Source: an uncultured delta proteobacterium (lineage in GTDB: Bacteria; Desulfobacterota; Binatia; JACPRU01). From it: 64,000 bases of DNA. A program made the translations under genes and the position numbers. The stretch lies in contig CAVUWD010000013.1 in the NCBI GenBank assembly GCA_963745025.1, positions 160,001 to 224,000 of the forward strand. The letters are read 5' to 3'. The notes below the pieces were generated by a model. It worked only from the letters and a program-made list of their open reading frames with translations, ran no database searches and was not told the origin of the DNA. Below are positions 62,091 through 64,000 of the stretch, piece after piece. The first letter of the stretch is position 1. Each line of letters starts with the position of its first letter.

Positions 62091-63045
62091 ATACGTCTAC
62101 CAGCTGGCCCGGATAAAGCTCGATCTCTGTGCTTCGCTTGAAGCGAAAGACGACCGGCAGCACGCGGAGATCCACCCTCTCGGTCCGCGCGTTCGACAGC
62201 TCGATCTTGGGGGAGACGTAGGGCTGCACGCGCACGAACTCGAGGGGAATTCGCGCGTCGGTGCCACGCACGTACATCGTCGCCTCGAGGCGGTCCAATT
62301 TGCCGAGCTTGGCTATCAGGATCTCGTCGATGAAGGCGCGGACGGCCAGCGTGCTCTCCTGACGGCCCATCACCGCGATCGGCGTCGCGCTCCGCGTGTA
62401 CGTGTCGAGCGTTCCTTGCGGCGAGACGTAGCTGCCGACCGCGACGCTGAGCGACAGGACCGTCCCGTCGATCGGCGCGCGGATCGTATACTTGGCGAGC
62501 AGAGCTTCGGCCGTCGCGCCCGCCCTCGCCTGCGCCGCGCGCTGGCGCTCGGCGACCCCGAGGTTCGCCTGGGCGACCCGCACGGCATTGGCCGCGTCGT
62601 CGAAAACGGCCTTGCTCACCGAGCGCGGATCCGCCTCGAAGGAGCGCTGCTGTTTGGCGAGCTGATCGCTCGCGGTCTTGAGAGTTGCGCGGGCGGCGAC
62701 CACTTGAGCCTCGGCGACCTCGACCTGAGCCTCCTGCTGCGCGACCGTGGCCCGCTGGACGGAGTCTTCGATGTGTAGGAGCGGCGTCCCGCGGCTCACT
62801 TTCCGTCCCTCTTGGACGGAGACCTCGGTGACGGTGCCGGCCACTTCGGGAAAAACGTTGACGTTGGCGCCGCTCGCTTGCTCGCTCTCGATGATGCCGT
62901 TGGCGTACACCCCGTGCTCGTACGGGTTCGAGGCAGGATTGAAGACCGGCGGATTCACCTTGGCATGAACGGCGAAGAATGCGGCGCCGCCGACGGCGGC
63001 GAAGACACCGAGGATCGACAGCAGGAAGAGGAACCGCGTCCGCAT
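62074..63045 (-). CDS. Periplasmic adaptor (HlyD/MFP)
   Basis: N-terminal TM, VAGTVTEVSVQEG, IRAPIDGTVL, LYPGQLVDV. Confidence 0.88.
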   Translation of the reverse strand: MRTRFLFLLSILGVFAAVGGAAFFAVHAKVNPPVFNPASNPYEHGVYANGIIESEQASGANVNVFPEVAGTVTEVSVQEGRKVSRGTPLLHIEDSVQRATVAQQEAQVEVAEAQVVAARATLKTASDQLAKQQRSFEADPRSVSKAVFDDAANAVRVAQANLGVAERQRAAQARAGATAEALLAKYTIRAPIDGTVLSLSVAVGSYVSPQGTLDTYTRSATPIAVMGRQESTLAVRAFIDEILIAKLGKLDRLEATMYVRGTDARIPLEFVRVQPYVSPKIELSNARTERVDLRVLPVVFRFKRSTEIELYPGQLVDVYVRAR

Positions 63046-63046
63046 T

Positions 63047-63739
63047 TCAGGCCGCTTCGGCCGTACCCGTGATGCGGCCGTCCTCCATCGTGATCGTGCG
63101 GTCGGCGAACTCGGCGATCCGGCTGTCGTGCGTGACGATCACGATCGCCCGCGCGTCGGTCAGCACGTGCCTGCGAACGAACTCGACGATCTTCCGTCCC
63201 GTCTCGCCGTCGAGCGACGCGGTCGGCTCGTCGAGGATCATGATGTCGGGCTCGCTGACGATTGCGCGCGCGATTGCCACGCGCTGTTGCTCGCCACCGG
63301 AGAGCTTGATCGGCGGCAGCTCGGCCCGGTCCTTGAGCCCCACGATCTCGAGGTAACGGAGTGCCGCGGCGATCGAGTCGGCCCACGGCCGGCGCTTGAG
63401 GATCAGCGGCAGGGCGACGTTTTCGGCGGTCGTGAGGCGCGGGAAGAGGTGGTAGTCTTGAAACACGAACCCGACGGTGTTCAGGCGGAACTCCGCGAGC
63501 GAGTCGTTGCTCAGTCGCCAGATGTCCTGGCCCATGACGGTGACGCTTCCTTCGTTCGGCCGCAGGATTCCCGAGAGGATGCTCAGGAGCGTGGTCTTCC
63601 CGCTGCCCGACGGCCCGACGACGTAGAGCATCTCTCCGAAATACGCATCGAGATCCACGGAGCGTACCGCCACGGTCTTCGTGGCTCCCTCCCCGAACCA
63701 CTTGACGAGCGCGCGTGCTTGGATCGCCGGTGTCTTCAT
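63047..63739 (-). CDS. ABC transporter ATP-binding protein (LolD/MacB type)
   Basis: GPSGSGKTT, LSGGEQQRVAIARA, DEPTASLD, VTHD. Confidence 0.92.
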   Translation of the reverse strand: MKTPAIQARALVKWFGEGATKTVAVRSVDLDAYFGEMLYVVGPSGSGKTTLLSILSGILRPNEGSVTVMGQDIWRLSNDSLAEFRLNTVGFVFQDYHLFPRLTTAENVALPLILKRRPWADSIAAALRYLEIVGLKDRAELPPIKLSGGEQQRVAIARAIVSEPDIMILDEPTASLDGETGRKIVEFVRRHVLTDARAIVIVTHDSRIAEFADRTITMEDGRITGTAEAA

Positions 63740-63742
63740 CCT

Positions 63743-64000
63743 CTAGCCTCGGAAAATGTCGAACGGTTCGACACGGATCACCTTGCGCACGCCGACGTAG
63801 CCGGAGACCCCCGCGATCACGACGACCATCAGAAGCGCAATCGACAGGTTCCAGTACGAGACGATCGCCGCGTAAGCGGGAAGCCGGAGCTTGGCGAGCG
63901 CGATCACGAGCGTGCAGAGGCCCACGCCGAGGCCGTAACCGGTCAGGCTCGTGAGCGACGCCTGAAAGAGGATGACGTAGACGAGCTCGCGCGACTTCGC
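63743..64000 (-). CDS. ABC permease, FtsX-like (5' truncated by window edge)
   Basis: Hydrophobic C-terminus ending GVRKVIRVEPFDIFRG, upstream of the ATPase. Confidence 0.75.
   Translation of the reverse strand, partial: AKSRELVYVILFQASLTSLTGYGLGVGLCTLVIALAKLRLPAYAAIVSYWNLSIALLMVVVIAGVSGYVGVRKVIRVEPFDIFRG

Overview
High-GC bacterial chromosomal window. Gene content and order (DUF507 pair-groESL; ffh-rpsP-khpA-rimM-trmD-SPOUT methyltransferase-rplS; ldcA/serine hydrolase/mpl; sigma54-driven minor pilins) suggest a deltaproteobacterial-type organism, possibly Binatia (inference). Most of it is housekeeping: sucAB-lpdA, acnA, aroF, groESL, a translation cluster, a divergent opp/dpp ABC system, moaBDE, pckG, miaB and an ABC-MFP-OMF efflux operon. 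Single-base frameshifts in sucA, ffh (two), a bactofilin and pckG (two) point to uncorrected indel errors in the assembly. Accessory features are a copper module, two tandem APC/KimA-like transporters, a Phd-VapC pair next to a RAYT (HUH/Y1) transposase, a minor-pilin island and several decayed gene remnants. Strongest signals: (1) a secreted Cys/His-rich upstream ORF ending PEPPTEPPRLLA whose last codons pair with the Shine-Dalgarno of a downstream barrel-copC-copD operon, i.e. a CutF/CruR-like ribosome-stalling metal sensor, preceded by a tandemly duplicated 52-nt leader; (2) a 205-bp inverted element with two 48-nt hairpins showing nine compensatory base-pair changes; (3) a perfect 47-bp inverted repeat sharing an 11-mer with the RAYT flank; (4) a dispersed family of heptamer-repeat palindromes; (5) a swapped +5 residue pattern in the minor pilins. 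No rRNA, tRNA or CRISPR array was seen. All calls are by eye; no database searches were run.
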